Positions 14,516-27,606 of a stretch of DNA of 64,000 bases are shown piece after piece; position 1 is the first letter of the stretch; the number at the start of each line of letters is the position of its first letter. This DNA comes from Octopus vulgaris. Taxonomy: Eukaryota. Location of the stretch: positions 46,252,001-46,316,000 of the forward strand of contig OX597826.1 of NCBI GenBank assembly GCA_951406725.2, in the 5' to 3' direction. The notes below the pieces were generated by a model. The model was not told the origin of the DNA, ran no database searches, and saw only the letters and a program-made list of their open reading frames with translations. The position numbers were made by a program, and so were the translations under genes.

Positions 14516-15085
14516 CAACAAACAAATCACTGGTGGTCATATTAGCACCCAACATAGCCAGTTTTCTGCTAAAGGAATTAAAAGCATCAGGTGCTTGTTA
14601 AACTGGGCACTTAGCTATTCTCGTTACATTCCTGCTTGACCAAGGGGTGACCAAGCTACACAACAACAATATGCAAACCTGTATCTATGCAAGTAATCAT
14701 TTATTCTCACTCTCTTCCATGCTCATAAACACAAAAACATATCGTATATTTTACAAAATATTGGTCAAATTATTTCATTTCCTATTCTGTCCTACTTTCC
14801 TCCCTTTTTTTTTTTTACTAGCTCCAAATTATAAATTCTGATACAAGTATATATAGAAGGAAAAGGGAAAGTAGGGAAGCTACATCATAAAGATAAGATG
14901 GACTTGGGATATTTGTTATCATAAACAGAAATATAGTTTTCAAAATGATATCTATCAGTTATTTCCCAAAAACCATTTTTTCTGCCTAAAGCAACAAGAC
15001 ATCTATAAAGGTTTTATATCTAAATAATGTAAACATACATATGTGTATATACACACACACACACACACATATATATATATGCACC

Positions 15086-15117
<32 letters not shown>

Positions 15118-15488
15118 CACATACATGTATATATGTGCTTGTGAGTCTGAGTGGGTGGGTGTATGTATGTATATGTGTAAATTCTGGTATTATCTCCAAA
15201 GTCTCTTCTATTTTACAGCTTTGTGATAAGGTTTCATACTCGAAATCGCACAAAATAGATTCCAGTTTGCTTGATAGGGTTTTTGGCCCCCACTCTGCCA
15301 CACCTTACCCCCCAACTACTACTGTCACACTAATGTTTTGTTTTAACCTGAAGTGAAATTTAGATAACAAACAGCCAGTAGCTTTTTATGCTAACAAATT
15401 CACTCAAATTTTGGCTACATTTTCATATCAAGGAAAGCATATGACAATAAATAACAATGAATAATAATGATAATAATGATGATAATGC

Positions 15489-15522
<34 letters not shown>

Positions 15523-15523
<1 letters not shown>

Positions 15524-16067
15524 TAAATGCTCTGATGCAGTACCAGGCAGTGGCTCTCATGCCTTTTGATCTTAACTGATTGGACGTTTTATCATGTATA
15601 TGATTTGTCTTGGTGTAAAAGATGGGCTACAGCAAATATTCTTTTCAACACCACAGATTTGCTCGTCAGTTGCTTGACCTTAATCAGTTGAGCATGTCCC
15701 TTAGTGGCTGATGATATGTTCATCTCTGATCAAGAGCAGAAGTAGTGGGGGAGCATCATAGCCAGGTACTGAGAGGGATTCTTTGGGGTTTGAATAATTC
15801 ACCTCTGGAAACAAGAATGTTTCGTTCAACATCCTTAAACAACCCTTATTTGGAACCTTTTGAGCAGGATGGGTTACTTGACCTGAAGAAAATTCTAACT
15901 GGGCCCCACCAGCAAGGCCAAGCGCTGTTTATCTTGATATGAGATAATATGATTGTGATGTATGTGCCTGGTGTATGCTTATAAGACAGGTAGTCATGAT
16001 GGTTATATTGGGCTTCATATTATTTGTACCCCAGTGTCACTTAAATGGGATGCACTGCTCTCTCACG
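15523..16067 (+). mobile_element. ~550-bp (AAT)n-embedded interspersed repeat, copy 1
   Basis: Colinear with 61607-62166 over its whole length, same ends, (AAT)n on both flanks. Confidence 0.85.
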
Positions 16068-17580
16068 TAATAATAATGATGATGATGATGATGGTAATTC
16101 TTTTTTAATTGCCACAAGGGCCACAAAACATTTAGAATAATACAAAAACATCCAAACTGCAACCTAAGAATCTGAAAGATATTGGAACTGAGACTAGCAG
16201 TATTGACCAACAGGAAAGTGCCATCTTGCAAGTCTGCAAGACGTCTCCCCCGCCAAAAAAAAATAAAAAAATAATAATAATTGAGGTTTAAGGATACTTG
16301 TTGGTACTAAATCTCAGGGTAGCACTTCTGCTAATTAAATTAGTAGGTAATAGCTTTTGAGTAATAATAGTGATCATAATGATGATTATGATGATAATGA
16401 CAGTGTTGTTGATGATGACAATGAAGAAGAGGATGATGTTGGCGATAATGGCGGTGGTGATGACAATGACAACGAGGATGACAATAATAACTAGGAAAGG
16501 GAGGGGGAGGAGGAAGATGGTGGTGGTGGTGTCCATGAATGATAGTGACTGAAAGTGAAATTACTTTACAATAATTACTCACAACATTTTTTCCCTCCTA
16601 AACTGCAGATACTCTTTACTCCAAGAAGTGTTTATCCTACCACTAGTTCTTGTCAAAATAGAATCAAATCAATAAAAGTAGAAATAACACCAACAACAAC
16701 ACAATAACAGTATTAGGGAAATTGATAGTTAAATTAAGGAATAATTAAAACGTTTCATATAAAAAATTTTTTTTTTTATATCCTTTAATTTTTTTGTTTT
16801 GTTTTGCTTCTCCCAAATTGGAAATGAATTTATTTCAATATCAACTTTTGCGTAGAATAAGTTTAGATCAGTCATATTGTGTGTTTGTGTGAGAGAATGA
16901 GAAAAAGAGAGGGGGAGGGGGGAGTGCTACAGAGTTCAAATGAGTTACACGAGAAATTACTGGGAACAACAACAACAACAACAACAACAGAACAACTGAC
17001 AGAACACAAAAATATATAAAAAGAAGAAATTAAATAATAAAGTAATGCATAGGTACTAAAGTGCAAACACACACACACACACATATATATATACACATAT
17101 ACATATATACATGCACATATTTACATACATATATAAATACATGTATAGTCATATACCATGTGTGTGATTATATATATATATATACACATATACATATACA
17201 CACACATACATATATATATACATATATACACATATATACATACACACACACATACATACATATATATATATTTACATATACACACACATATACATATATG
17301 TATATGTCAGAAAGAGAGAGAGAGATTGCATCACTTGATAAAATAATAACACTTGCAAAGAGATTCAGTGAAAAGGTGTTGACTAGCGAGAGAACTCCAG
17401 AACTCCAGGATGTTTTATTAAATTTAGATTCGATAACATTGCCAGAGCTGATCAGGGATAATTCTACAGATATTCACGGAGGACTAAGAAGTCAAAAATC
17501 TTGTACTTTGTCTCAAATTGCTTCATTATATGAGCAGAGTGAGAGGAAAAGAATACATATGCACAAAAATACATACATAC

Positions 17581-17634
<54 letters not shown>

Positions 17635-18675
17635 TGTATACATATATATATATATAGAGAGAGAGAGAGGTGGGAGAGGGAGAGTTTTGCAACCATAGTA
17701 CCCATTTTTTTTTTTTGCTTATATCTGTTGGTGGTTTGTTTTTCCTCTTTTTTTATTATTTTATTTTTTGTTGTTTTCTTTTTCGACAGGGAAGAAATTT
17801 AATAAAACTGAAATAACAAATAAGAAGAGAAAGAAGCAAATGTTTTGCTTCATTAATTTAACAAGAAACAGGATTTTAATGATGATTTGAAACATTAATT
17901 TCATTTGCATCATGTATGTATGTAGGAGTTTATGCATGTGTGTGTATGTGTGTGTGTGTGTGTGTGTGTGTTTGCATGGAATGAGAGAGAAAGCTACAAA
18001 GATAGAAATATAGATAAAGAAAGAGATAGACACACACAGACATGCACACAAAGAAAGACGAAGAGAGAAATTTGAATAAGCTACTAACGAAAAGGTTATT
18101 GGTTAATTTTAAAACAATGATCAACATTTAAGAAAGTCTTGGTAAAGGAAACCAACTAGAAAGATTCATCAACCGTTAATGTATACAAAAAAAAAAAAAA
18201 CGATGCTGAGAAATCAATCAGGCCAAGAATATTCGATATACACCACTAATAAACACACACACATACACACAAGAACTTGACTCTACACACTTGATCTACC
18301 TAATTCATAAACATGAATATAAGCAGACAATGGACCGATCATTAACTACGGTGCTTAAATTAGACTATGCTGGCACTGGTGCAAAGAAAAGACAAAAAAC
18401 AAAATCAAATAAAAAAAAAACCCCACAGTGATGCACATTGCAGAATGTCTGTAAAACACAGGAATCAATACATATATACATATGGCTATACTGAACGATA
18501 GTTGCATTCTATGATATACTGATTCCTGGGTGTTTTATTTATTTATTTATTTTTAGTAGAAATTAATTGTGTGGCATTTCGGGGTAGTGGTGGGAAGGGC
18601 ACATAATACACTGCACCATGAATCTAACAAAGCATTTTCAAATTACACCTTGCATTCATATGTGTATACATAGAT

Positions 18676-18706
<31 letters not shown>

Positions 18707-18985
18707 TGTTTGTATGGATATACATATGTGTGTGTGGACACGTGAATTGAAATTCTCGCCTTACGCACATGCACACATATAGAGAGAGTGGGAGAGAAAA
18801 AGAGAGAGAGATGTATGTGCGTGTGTGTGTGAGTGTGTGTGTGTGTGTATATATATATCATCATCATCGTTTAACGTCTGTTTTCCATGCTAGAATGGGT
18901 TGGATGGTTCGACCGGGGTCTGGGAAGCGAAGAGGCTGCACCAGGCTCCAGTCTGATCTGGCAGTGTTTCTACAGCTTAATGCCC

Positions 18986-19354
18986 TTCTGCAACTACATC
19001 ACCCCTAACATCAGGCCACCTAACTACCCAGACTGCAACCCCCTTGATTATTATGTGTGGGACACAGTTGAGCGAGAGACCGACAAAACTCCTTGTAACA
19101 CCAAAGATGAATTGAAAGCAAGGACTACGGCAGCATTCACCAACTGAAACAAGGAGACCATCCACAATAGTTGCAGGAGACTCCAAAGTCATCCAGAGGC
19201 CATGCCTGAAGACAATGGTAATTCCACTGGATACATTTATTCTTCAGTATTTCAAGACATTTTTATGTAATTCTGGCAAATACATCTAGAACGAGATGCC
19301 AGTGCTACTTTCACATTTACTTAACTTAGACAACAGTTCATTCACCACAGACTG
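18986..19354 (+). mobile_element. Tc1/mariner-superfamily transposase 3' fragment with right end
   Basis: NIRPPNYPDCNPLDYYVWDTVERETDKTPCNTKDELKARTTAAFTN (WPPNSPDxNPLDY motif); ends ...ACTG followed by TA. Confidence 0.82.
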
Positions 19355-21627
19355 TATATTTATTTTTCTAAATTCTTAAAGATTTAAGAAACTGGTAGTT
19401 TCAGAGATTTCTCTGATTTTCAGAAGTCGAGCTGGAAAGACAAGAAGCTATGCTGAAACTGTCTTGCTTCTGAATGGAATCTAAAAATTCTTCTGTTTTT
19501 ATAGAAAGAACATGGTTTAAATTAGTATCTACTTTTGGATATGGTTTGATTGGCTGAGGATAATTGTGTGATTAGGTTTGGAAATTTTTGTAAGTTCCTG
19601 GCTATGTCCATTCTCTAATGTCATGTGACATTATGTTTGGTGCCATAAGTTAAAGCTATCATAAAGGGGTGATAGATTATCAGTTCTTTGAACAAGGATA
19701 ATTACACCCTGATGTACTAAATCTCTAAGCCAGTTTTAATTTGCAATTCTAGTTGTTTGAACTAATTAACATGCTTCTTGCTCCAGAATGGTACACTAAT
19801 AGTACAATAATTATGTATGTGTGTGTGTGTGTGTGTGTGCGCGCGCACGTTGGTGATTTTGTGTCAACATGGCAGAATAGTGAAGAAGTTTTCTGTTCAA
19901 TCATTAGGTCTGAGGTTTGATTGTGCTGCTCAGCATTTCAGATCTACCCAAGCACTCTATGTGAAATTGAGAACCGGTTGGGTGGAAGCTTCTTGGAATC
20001 AACAGTATTTGTAATCCAAATGCCCAATTTTGCTATACACTGCATCAAGTTGTTTCTTCTGCCTACACATTAAGGGCACACATGTCAGAGGAATACTTGG
20101 CCACTCACACTATACATCAAAAAGTGCATAGTAATGTATCTATTCATTCTCATAATATGGTGGCAGATTCAAACATGAATATGCTGATGTGTGATCATAA
20201 AACACACAGTTCATTCACATAAATGGCAGAAGACTCATACCCTGCAGCAGAAGTGTTAAGACCGATCCTTCTGGTTGCACAAAGCACTCATGGTGGAGCC
20301 ACATAAAAGCACCTGTGTGGTACCATGTAAAACAGCCCATGTGGTGACACGTAAAAGTGCCTGTGCAGCTTACTTTCCAAACCACATGGTTTAGGGTTCA
20401 ATCCCATAGTGTGGCACCTTGGGCAAGTGTCTTTTACTATAGCCTTGGGCTGACCAAAGATTTGTGAGATTTGGGAGAAAGAAGCCCATTGGATATATAT
20501 ATGTGTGTATATGTATGTATGTATATATATCTGTGTGTGTGTCTCTTTGTGTCTGTATTTGTTTCCCTCCCTCCCCATCACCATTTGACAACTGGTGTTG
20601 GTGTGTTTACATCTCCGTAACTTAGTGGTTCAACAAGAGAGACCGACAGAATAAGTACAAGACTAAAGAAATAAGCCCTGAGGTCAATCTGTATGACTAA
20701 AACCCTTCAAGGTGATGCTCCAGTATGGCCGCAGTTAAAAGACTGAAACAAGTATATACAAAAAAAAGTCTTAATTCCATATAATGATAGTTCCAGGCAG
20801 GTCTGCATCTACTTCATACTTGTTTAAATTTCTAGCCAACTCCAGTACTTTATATATGAAAAGACAAAGTTGATTTCAGACAATATTTATGCAGATATCG
20901 CTATGTCTTTTATAAGTTTGCTTCCTAACCATCTGGCTTTAGAGTCAGGCCAACTGTGTAGCACCTTGGGCAAGTGTCTTCAACCAAAACCTAATGAATA
21001 GATTTTATCGATAAAAACTGTAACAAGTTCATAATAATGATAATAGAAGTGGTTTAGATGGTAGTGGTAGCGGTGGATAGGTAACTTCCATCACACACTT
21101 TCCTTCAGATTTGTATATGGTGCGATTACATGTCTTTAGAAAAACAACACTAAAACCCCATTTACGATCATAATTTCTTTGCAGGTGACCATTTTATATT
21201 CCATATACATAAGTTTGCAGGTTGTTCTTCAGAACATCTCAAAACCACATGGCACTTCTCCAAACAGGAGCATATTGAAGTAATTACGTGTTTTATATTC
21301 CCAAGACTTATTCTGCTCAATATAAATAACAAGTGTCTAAGACTATATGCACATATATTTATGTACCCAATATATTTATTAATAACAGCACCTGATACTT
21401 GTAGAAGTAGACCTTCCAAGTTAAGCCCTCAAAATTGCATGTCTAGGATACAGGTGCTGTACAGAAGGACACACATGATGCAAGCCACATAAACCTTTAT
21501 TTATTTTTGTTTGACAGCAATGATTTTGATTTTCCAAACACATTTAGACAGCTGGCTGAAGGTGAAGACGGCTTTTCTTATAATGTGAATATTTATTTTC
21601 CACAAACTTACACACCTTGTCTGTCTG

Positions 21628-21663
<36 letters not shown>

Positions 21664-21788
21664 TGTGTACATGTAAGAGTGTGCAAGAAGAGTTCTGCTT
21701 GCGTGTTTACGGTTTTAAAAAGACACATGTGTAGAAAATTAAGTGAATATAAAACAAGACAAAAGTGAGGGTGTAGAGGGAATTGAAC

Positions 21789-21871
<83 letters not shown>

Positions 21872-21874
21872 GTA

Positions 21875-23363
21875 TACCGGAGTAAACACATAAATGTGAA
21901 ACAAGGTGGAAAAAAGAGTACTCAAATACCAGTGGTAGAGTAATATGCTTTATTTTAAGCAGCAGAAAATTCAACAAAATCTGTTACTCTGAGTTTCTCG
22001 TTGCCGTTCATCAGACAGTTTTTGCTAGAATGGAACATATATATTAATTCAATCTATACTCTTACAAACGCTACACCTTTAAAAAGAAATGGACTTGTTT
22101 GATTGGCCCTTTAGAAAAAACGGTCAATCTTCGAGCGATAAACAAAAAGGTCAAAAATATATGTATATATATATAAAAAACTTATAAAAATTATAAAATC
22201 CGAGGAAAAAAACCTATTGCCGTTAATGAAGACAGTACAAATTAATGCATAGAAATTAAACCTGTTATAAATACTGCAATACATATTTATATTAAAATCC
22301 ACATATATATATCAACATACACAAAAGGATGCGCGTAAACGCCATACATACATATACAGACGTATGAATATGAATCTAAATTATACACATAAAAGCATGT
22401 GTACATATATTCACGCAAACCGTCTCGCACGCAAGCTAAAATTCATCTATGTAGCAATTCTCATATACTGAGCAAGGAGGGGGAACGAAAGAAAGGGAAA
22501 GAGAGAAAAAGAAATGAAGGAGGGGTGGGGAAAACTTGTAGCGATATTATTGGCATCTATAGAGGCCAGTATACATACACAAGTTTGAATTGATACATAT
22601 ACATACCGTCGTGTGTATGCGTGCTTACGCACAAGCATACTTTCACTTACACATACACAGATACGCATGCTTACAAATATATATGCTTTGCTATATACAA
22701 ACTTATATAAACATTCTAAATTTGACAACATTGCTTTTTTTAAAAAAAACATTGCTTTTAAAAAATGGGTGCATTAATAAAAATATATACGAAAGACATA
22801 TAAAATAAAATATAACATCCTATTTTGGGTCATTTATAAATAATCAAGGTAATATAAATAATCAAGGTAATCTTATGCAATACAATAACATGAAAACAAA
22901 GTTTGTAGGTTTTTCCTAATATATATGTAGAAACAATAAGACTTTGCTATATGTCCGTCGTAGCGCTCAAGAGTCAAAATCAAAATCAAAAAATCAAAAT
23001 ACAAAATATATACTCTATCCATATGGTATATTTATATTCGACATTTTAAATTTAGCCGTGTGCCTACATAAGTTCATTAATTCACTTCTTTGATTCAAAG
23101 AATTATTGTCTTTGAATAATATGTGCATTTTTTCTAATAAGCAGAGCCTGCACTTGAAATTATATTTGTAAGCTCCATGCCTGTATGGTGCCGCCCTGTC
23201 CAGAATGCTCCATGTCACGTTGAAAGGTGGGGCTTCCTTTTCTTTTAGTTCCCAGACATATTTTGCTAGGCTGGTTTTCTTTCTGTTCTCTGGGTATTTA
23301 AAAGAATTCTTATGAGAATAAAATCTTGTTTTAAATGAATTTTCTGAAGCCCCTGTGTATGTC
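21875..23363 (-). mobile_element. Penelope-like retroelement 3' part (GIY-YIG endonuclease C-terminus, ~1.1-kb 3' UTR, hammerhead); left arm of palindrome
   Basis: Open frame to the stop at 23015: TYTGASENSFKTRFYSHKNSF...TSLAKYVWELKE...WSIL...CRLCLLEK...LNQRSELMNLCRH, typical of PLE (Neptune-like) GIY-YIG domains. The 3' end abuts (TA)n. Confidence 0.88.
21981..22018 (-). ncRNA. Minimal type I hammerhead ribozyme (left-arm copy)
   Basis: Exact reverse complement of 24741-24778. Confidence 0.8.
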
Positions 23364-24811
23364 AAGGTGCAAGTGGAAGGCTCATCGGAATACAAGACAT
23401 ACACAGGGGCTTCAGAAAATTCATTTAAAACAAGATTTTATTCTCATAAGAATTCTTTTAAATACCCAGAGAACAGAAAGAAAACCAGCCTAGCAAAATA
23501 TGTCTGGGAACTAAAAGAAAAGGAAGCCCCACCTTTCAACGTGACATGGAGCATTCTGGACAGGGCGGCACCATACAGGCATGGAGCTTACAAATATAAT
23601 TTCAAGTGCAGGCTCTGCTTATTAGAAAAATGCACATATTATTCAAAGACAATAATTCTTTGAATCAAAGAAGTGAATTAATGAACTTATGTAGGCACAC
23701 GGCTAAATTTAAAATGTCGAATATAAATATACCATATGGATAGAGTATATATTTTGTATTTTGATTTTTTGATTTTGATTTTGACTCTTGAGCGCTACGA
23801 CGGACATATAGCAAAGTCTTATTGTTTCTACATATATATTAGGAAAAACCTACAAACTTTGTTTTCATGTTATTGTATTGCATAAGATTACCTTGATTAT
23901 TTATATTACCTTGATTATTTATAAATGACCCAAAATAGGATGTTATATTTTATTTTATATGTCTTTCGTATATATTTTTATTAATGCACCCATTTTTTAA
24001 AAGCAATGTTTTTTTTAAAAAAAGCAATGTTGTCAAATTTAGAATGTTTATATAAGTTTGTATATAGCAAAGCATATATATTTGTAAGCATGCGTATCTG
24101 TGTATGTGTAAGTGAAAGTATGCTTGTGCGTAAGCACGCATACACACGACGGTATGTATATGTATCAATTCAAACTTGTGTATGTATACTGGCCTCTATA
24201 GATGCCAATAATATCGCTACAAGTTTTCCCCACCCCTCCTTCTATTTCTTTTTTCTCTCTTTCCCTTTCTTTCGTTCCCCCTCCTTGCTCAGTATATGAG
24301 AATTGCTACATAGATGAATTTTAGCTTGCGTGCGAGACGGTTTGCGTGAATATATGTACACATGCTTTTATGTGTATAATTTAGATTCATATTCATACGT
24401 CTGTATATGTATGTATGGCGTTTACGCGCATCCTTTTGTGTATGTTGATATATATATGTGGATTTTAATATAAATATGTATTGCAGTATTTATAACAGGT
24501 TTAATTTCTATGCATTAATTTGTACTGTCTTCATTAACGGCAATAGGTTTTTTCCTCGGATTTTATAATTTTTATAAGTTTTTTATATATATATACATAT
24601 ATTTTTGACCTTTTTGTTTATCGCTCGAAGATTGACCGTTTTTTCTAAAGGGCCAATCAAACAAGTCCATTTCTTTTTAAAGGTGTAGCGTTTGTAAGAG
24701 TATAGATTGAATTAATATATATGTTCCATTCTAGCAAAAACTGTCTGATGAACGGCAACGAGAAACTCAGAGTAACAGATTTTGTTGAATTTTCTGCTGC
24801 TTAAAATAAAG
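23364..24811 (+). mobile_element. Penelope-like retroelement 3' part; right arm of palindrome
   Basis: Reverse complement of the left arm from 23396, plus 32 extra 5' nt in frame (KVQVEGSSEYK). One A is missing in the run near 23625, which frameshifts the GIY-YIG ORF. Ends in a short TA-rich tract. Confidence 0.88.
24741..24778 (+). ncRNA. Minimal type I hammerhead ribozyme in the PLE 3' region
   Basis: CTGT-CTGATGA-A-CG(GCAA)CG-A-GAAA-CTC(A)GAG-TA-ACAG: stem I CTGT/ACAG (extendable to caaaa/ttttg), intact core, near-palindromic stem III, GUA cleavage triplet. Confidence 0.8.
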
Positions 24812-24824
24812 TATATATATGTAT

Positions 24825-25520
24825 ATATAGTAATAATAACAATAATCCTTGGATGGAATTTATAAATATTTTAATGCACTGCTCCAGGCATTTCCAAAAA
24901 TCACATGTCTTCAGATCACAATCTATATTCCCAGGATGATTACAGTGTAGTTTGTAATATCAGTGAGTATCGGGTAGATCATCTTCATGGATTCAATTCT
25001 TCAGGCAATAATAGCATTAATGGACACCTCAGTCTCATACCTATTTCTTTACTACCCACAAGGGGCTAAACACAGAGGAGACAAACAGGACAGACAGACG
25101 GATTAAGTCGATCATATATCGGCCCCAGTGCGTAACTGGTACTTAATTTATCGACCCCGAAAGGATGAAAGGCAAAATGTTGACCTCGGCGGAATTTGAA
25201 CACAGAACGTAACGGCAGATGAAATACCGCTAAGCATTTCACCCAATAAGCTAACGTTTCTGCCAGCTCACCGCCTCCAATCACATACCTTAAGGAATAA
25301 TCAAACCTCTGTTGAAAATCCATTTAATGTTATATTGCCTGAAGAAATGAATCCATGAAAATGATCTACCCGATACTCACTGATACTACGAACTACACTG
25401 TAATCATCCCAGGAATATGGACTGTGATCTTAAGAGATATGTGATATGTGCAAACGGACGTAGTTATGCATTAAAATATTTATAAATTCCATTCAAGGAT
25501 TATTGTTGTTATTACTATAT
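24825..25520. mobile_element. Fold-back/MITE-like element with ~200-bp imperfect inverted arms
   Basis: 24825-25024 is the reverse complement of 25319-25520 with scattered mismatches. Confidence 0.75.
25043..25277 (-). mobile_element. SINE family B inserted in the centre of a fold-back element
   Basis: Family B sequence flanked by an imperfect duplication (cagtctcatacct / caatcacatacct). Confidence 0.88.
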
Positions 25521-25658
25521 CTATCCTACATTATATCGGTACAACTCGGTGCAACTCCCAAAAATGGTGCACCAGTCAGCATCATTAGACTATAGCCAGC
25601 ATAATGGAACAGGGGCTTTATCTATAAATTCAAAATGTTTCCTGTAAGCTAATTTAAA

Positions 25659-25700
<42 letters not shown>

Positions 25701-27220
25701 GATGGGGGGGGTTGCATCCATGCACTCACACACAGCAGTGAAATAGGTGCCAAGACTTCAGAAATTAATTATATCTAGAAGATACAAATAATCTGACTTC
25801 GAAGTCATTTCAGAAGTCTGCATTCATCTTTTTCCAGAGAAACCTTCTGTAATATGAAAGACTGATGGATACCATTTATCTCTCTCTCTCTCTCTCTCTG
25901 GACAGTGACTGCCCATCCAATGTGTACTTAACAAGGAAAGCAGATATCAAATGAGATGATAAGGATATGTGTGTACATGTGCACACATATATGTATGGGT
26001 AGACAGACAAATAAACACACAGACAGACAGAGCTGGGTAATTGAATAGAGGATAGATATATAAATAGATATATAGATAGATGGAAAGACAGGCAGATAGA
26101 TAAATAAAAAAGAAAAATAGAGAGTTACATAGATATATGAAAAATACTTTGATGGATATATACGTAGGACAGAAGAAAGAAGGGGGAAGGAAAGGGAGAG
26201 AGAGAGAAATGGATGAGCGAACAGACAGAGAGATAAATATATAAATAGATAGATACACAGAGAGATAGATTCATAGATGGATAGATATATAGATAGATAA
26301 ATTCATAGATAAAGAGATAAATCAATTGAGAAAATGATAGATGACTCAATGGATAAGGAAGATAATGAAGGGAAATTGAACATATTTTAAATGTGAAATT
26401 TCGGTAGAAACAAATAAAGAATTAAACTCAATTGTAGGCCTGCTGCCTTACAATGAGGGCTAAATATACCAAAACCCTGTACCCCGCACCCACAACCAGC
26501 CTCAAAAAAAAAAAAAAAAAAAAGCAGGGTTTTAAAATAAAGTGAAGATGTTGTTTTAAAAGTCTAGCTTAATGTCTCATTTTCCATTTTCTTCTTTTGT
26601 AAAATTCTGTTTGGAATGTTTAATACAAAGACTTTCCATAGATCTATAGATTGCACATGTAAGCGAAGTAGAACATTTTTTTATTCTAGAAATATTGGTT
26701 ATTACATGTAGGCTATTTGAGATCCATCTCTTTGATTTAATCACAGATGAAAATCCGAGATAGAAAAAGAAAAGTATCAAAAAAAGAAATATAAAAAATC
26801 TCAAAACAATTTAAAAACACATGGACACACACACAAATACAAATAAATGAATACACACATTTTTACACACTCGCATTGAAAACGAAACAAAACAGACAAA
26901 AAAAAAACCACTTTAAATAAAAAAAAAACTTAAATAAAAGACTTTTCCATATTAGGAAAAGTGACATATTGTGAATAACTATCGTTGTATACAATCGATT
27001 GCTATTTATGAAAATAAAAAAAAAATCTCAAACTAAAAACTTTCCAAAAATTAAAGAACAAAAGGAGAACAAGGAAAAATAAAACTAAATTTTTAAAAAA
27101 AAACAAAGATAAGAAAAAATTTTAAAATTATTTCCCAAAAACTTAACACATATATCTTTATAACATACAAAAACAACAATGGGTTTGAAACCTATAATTT
27201 CCCCAAATATCACGATATAC

Positions 27221-27284
<64 letters not shown>

Positions 27285-27567
27285 TCTCTTCCCTCCTAAT
27301 ACTGCTCTCAGTTCAATAATTAGGACTGAACATGATAATAATTTTACACAGGAAAAAACAGAGATTCAAGGAGAGAGGGTGGGTAACATAATTTTCTTTT
27401 CTCTCTTCTCGTTTCTCTCTTTTTTTTTCTTTCTTTTCTTTTCTTTTTCTTTGTCTTTTTCTATCAGGCGATTCCAATTGGAAATTCAGGCAATATATTA
27501 TTAGATAATAAATGAAGAACAAAGAATAAATAACAAATAAATTGATAAATTGAAATGCAAAAATACA

Positions 27568-27606
<39 letters not shown>

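Noticed and set aside
17061-17657. Protein-looking central part of a 198-aa ORF (IASLDKIITLAKRFSEK...)
   Set aside because: No recognisable family or splice sites; ORF length comes from flanking microsatellites.
25339-25370. CTGAAGA...GAAA hammerhead-like string
   Set aside because: No stem I or stem III pairing, and the mirrored arm has GAAG.
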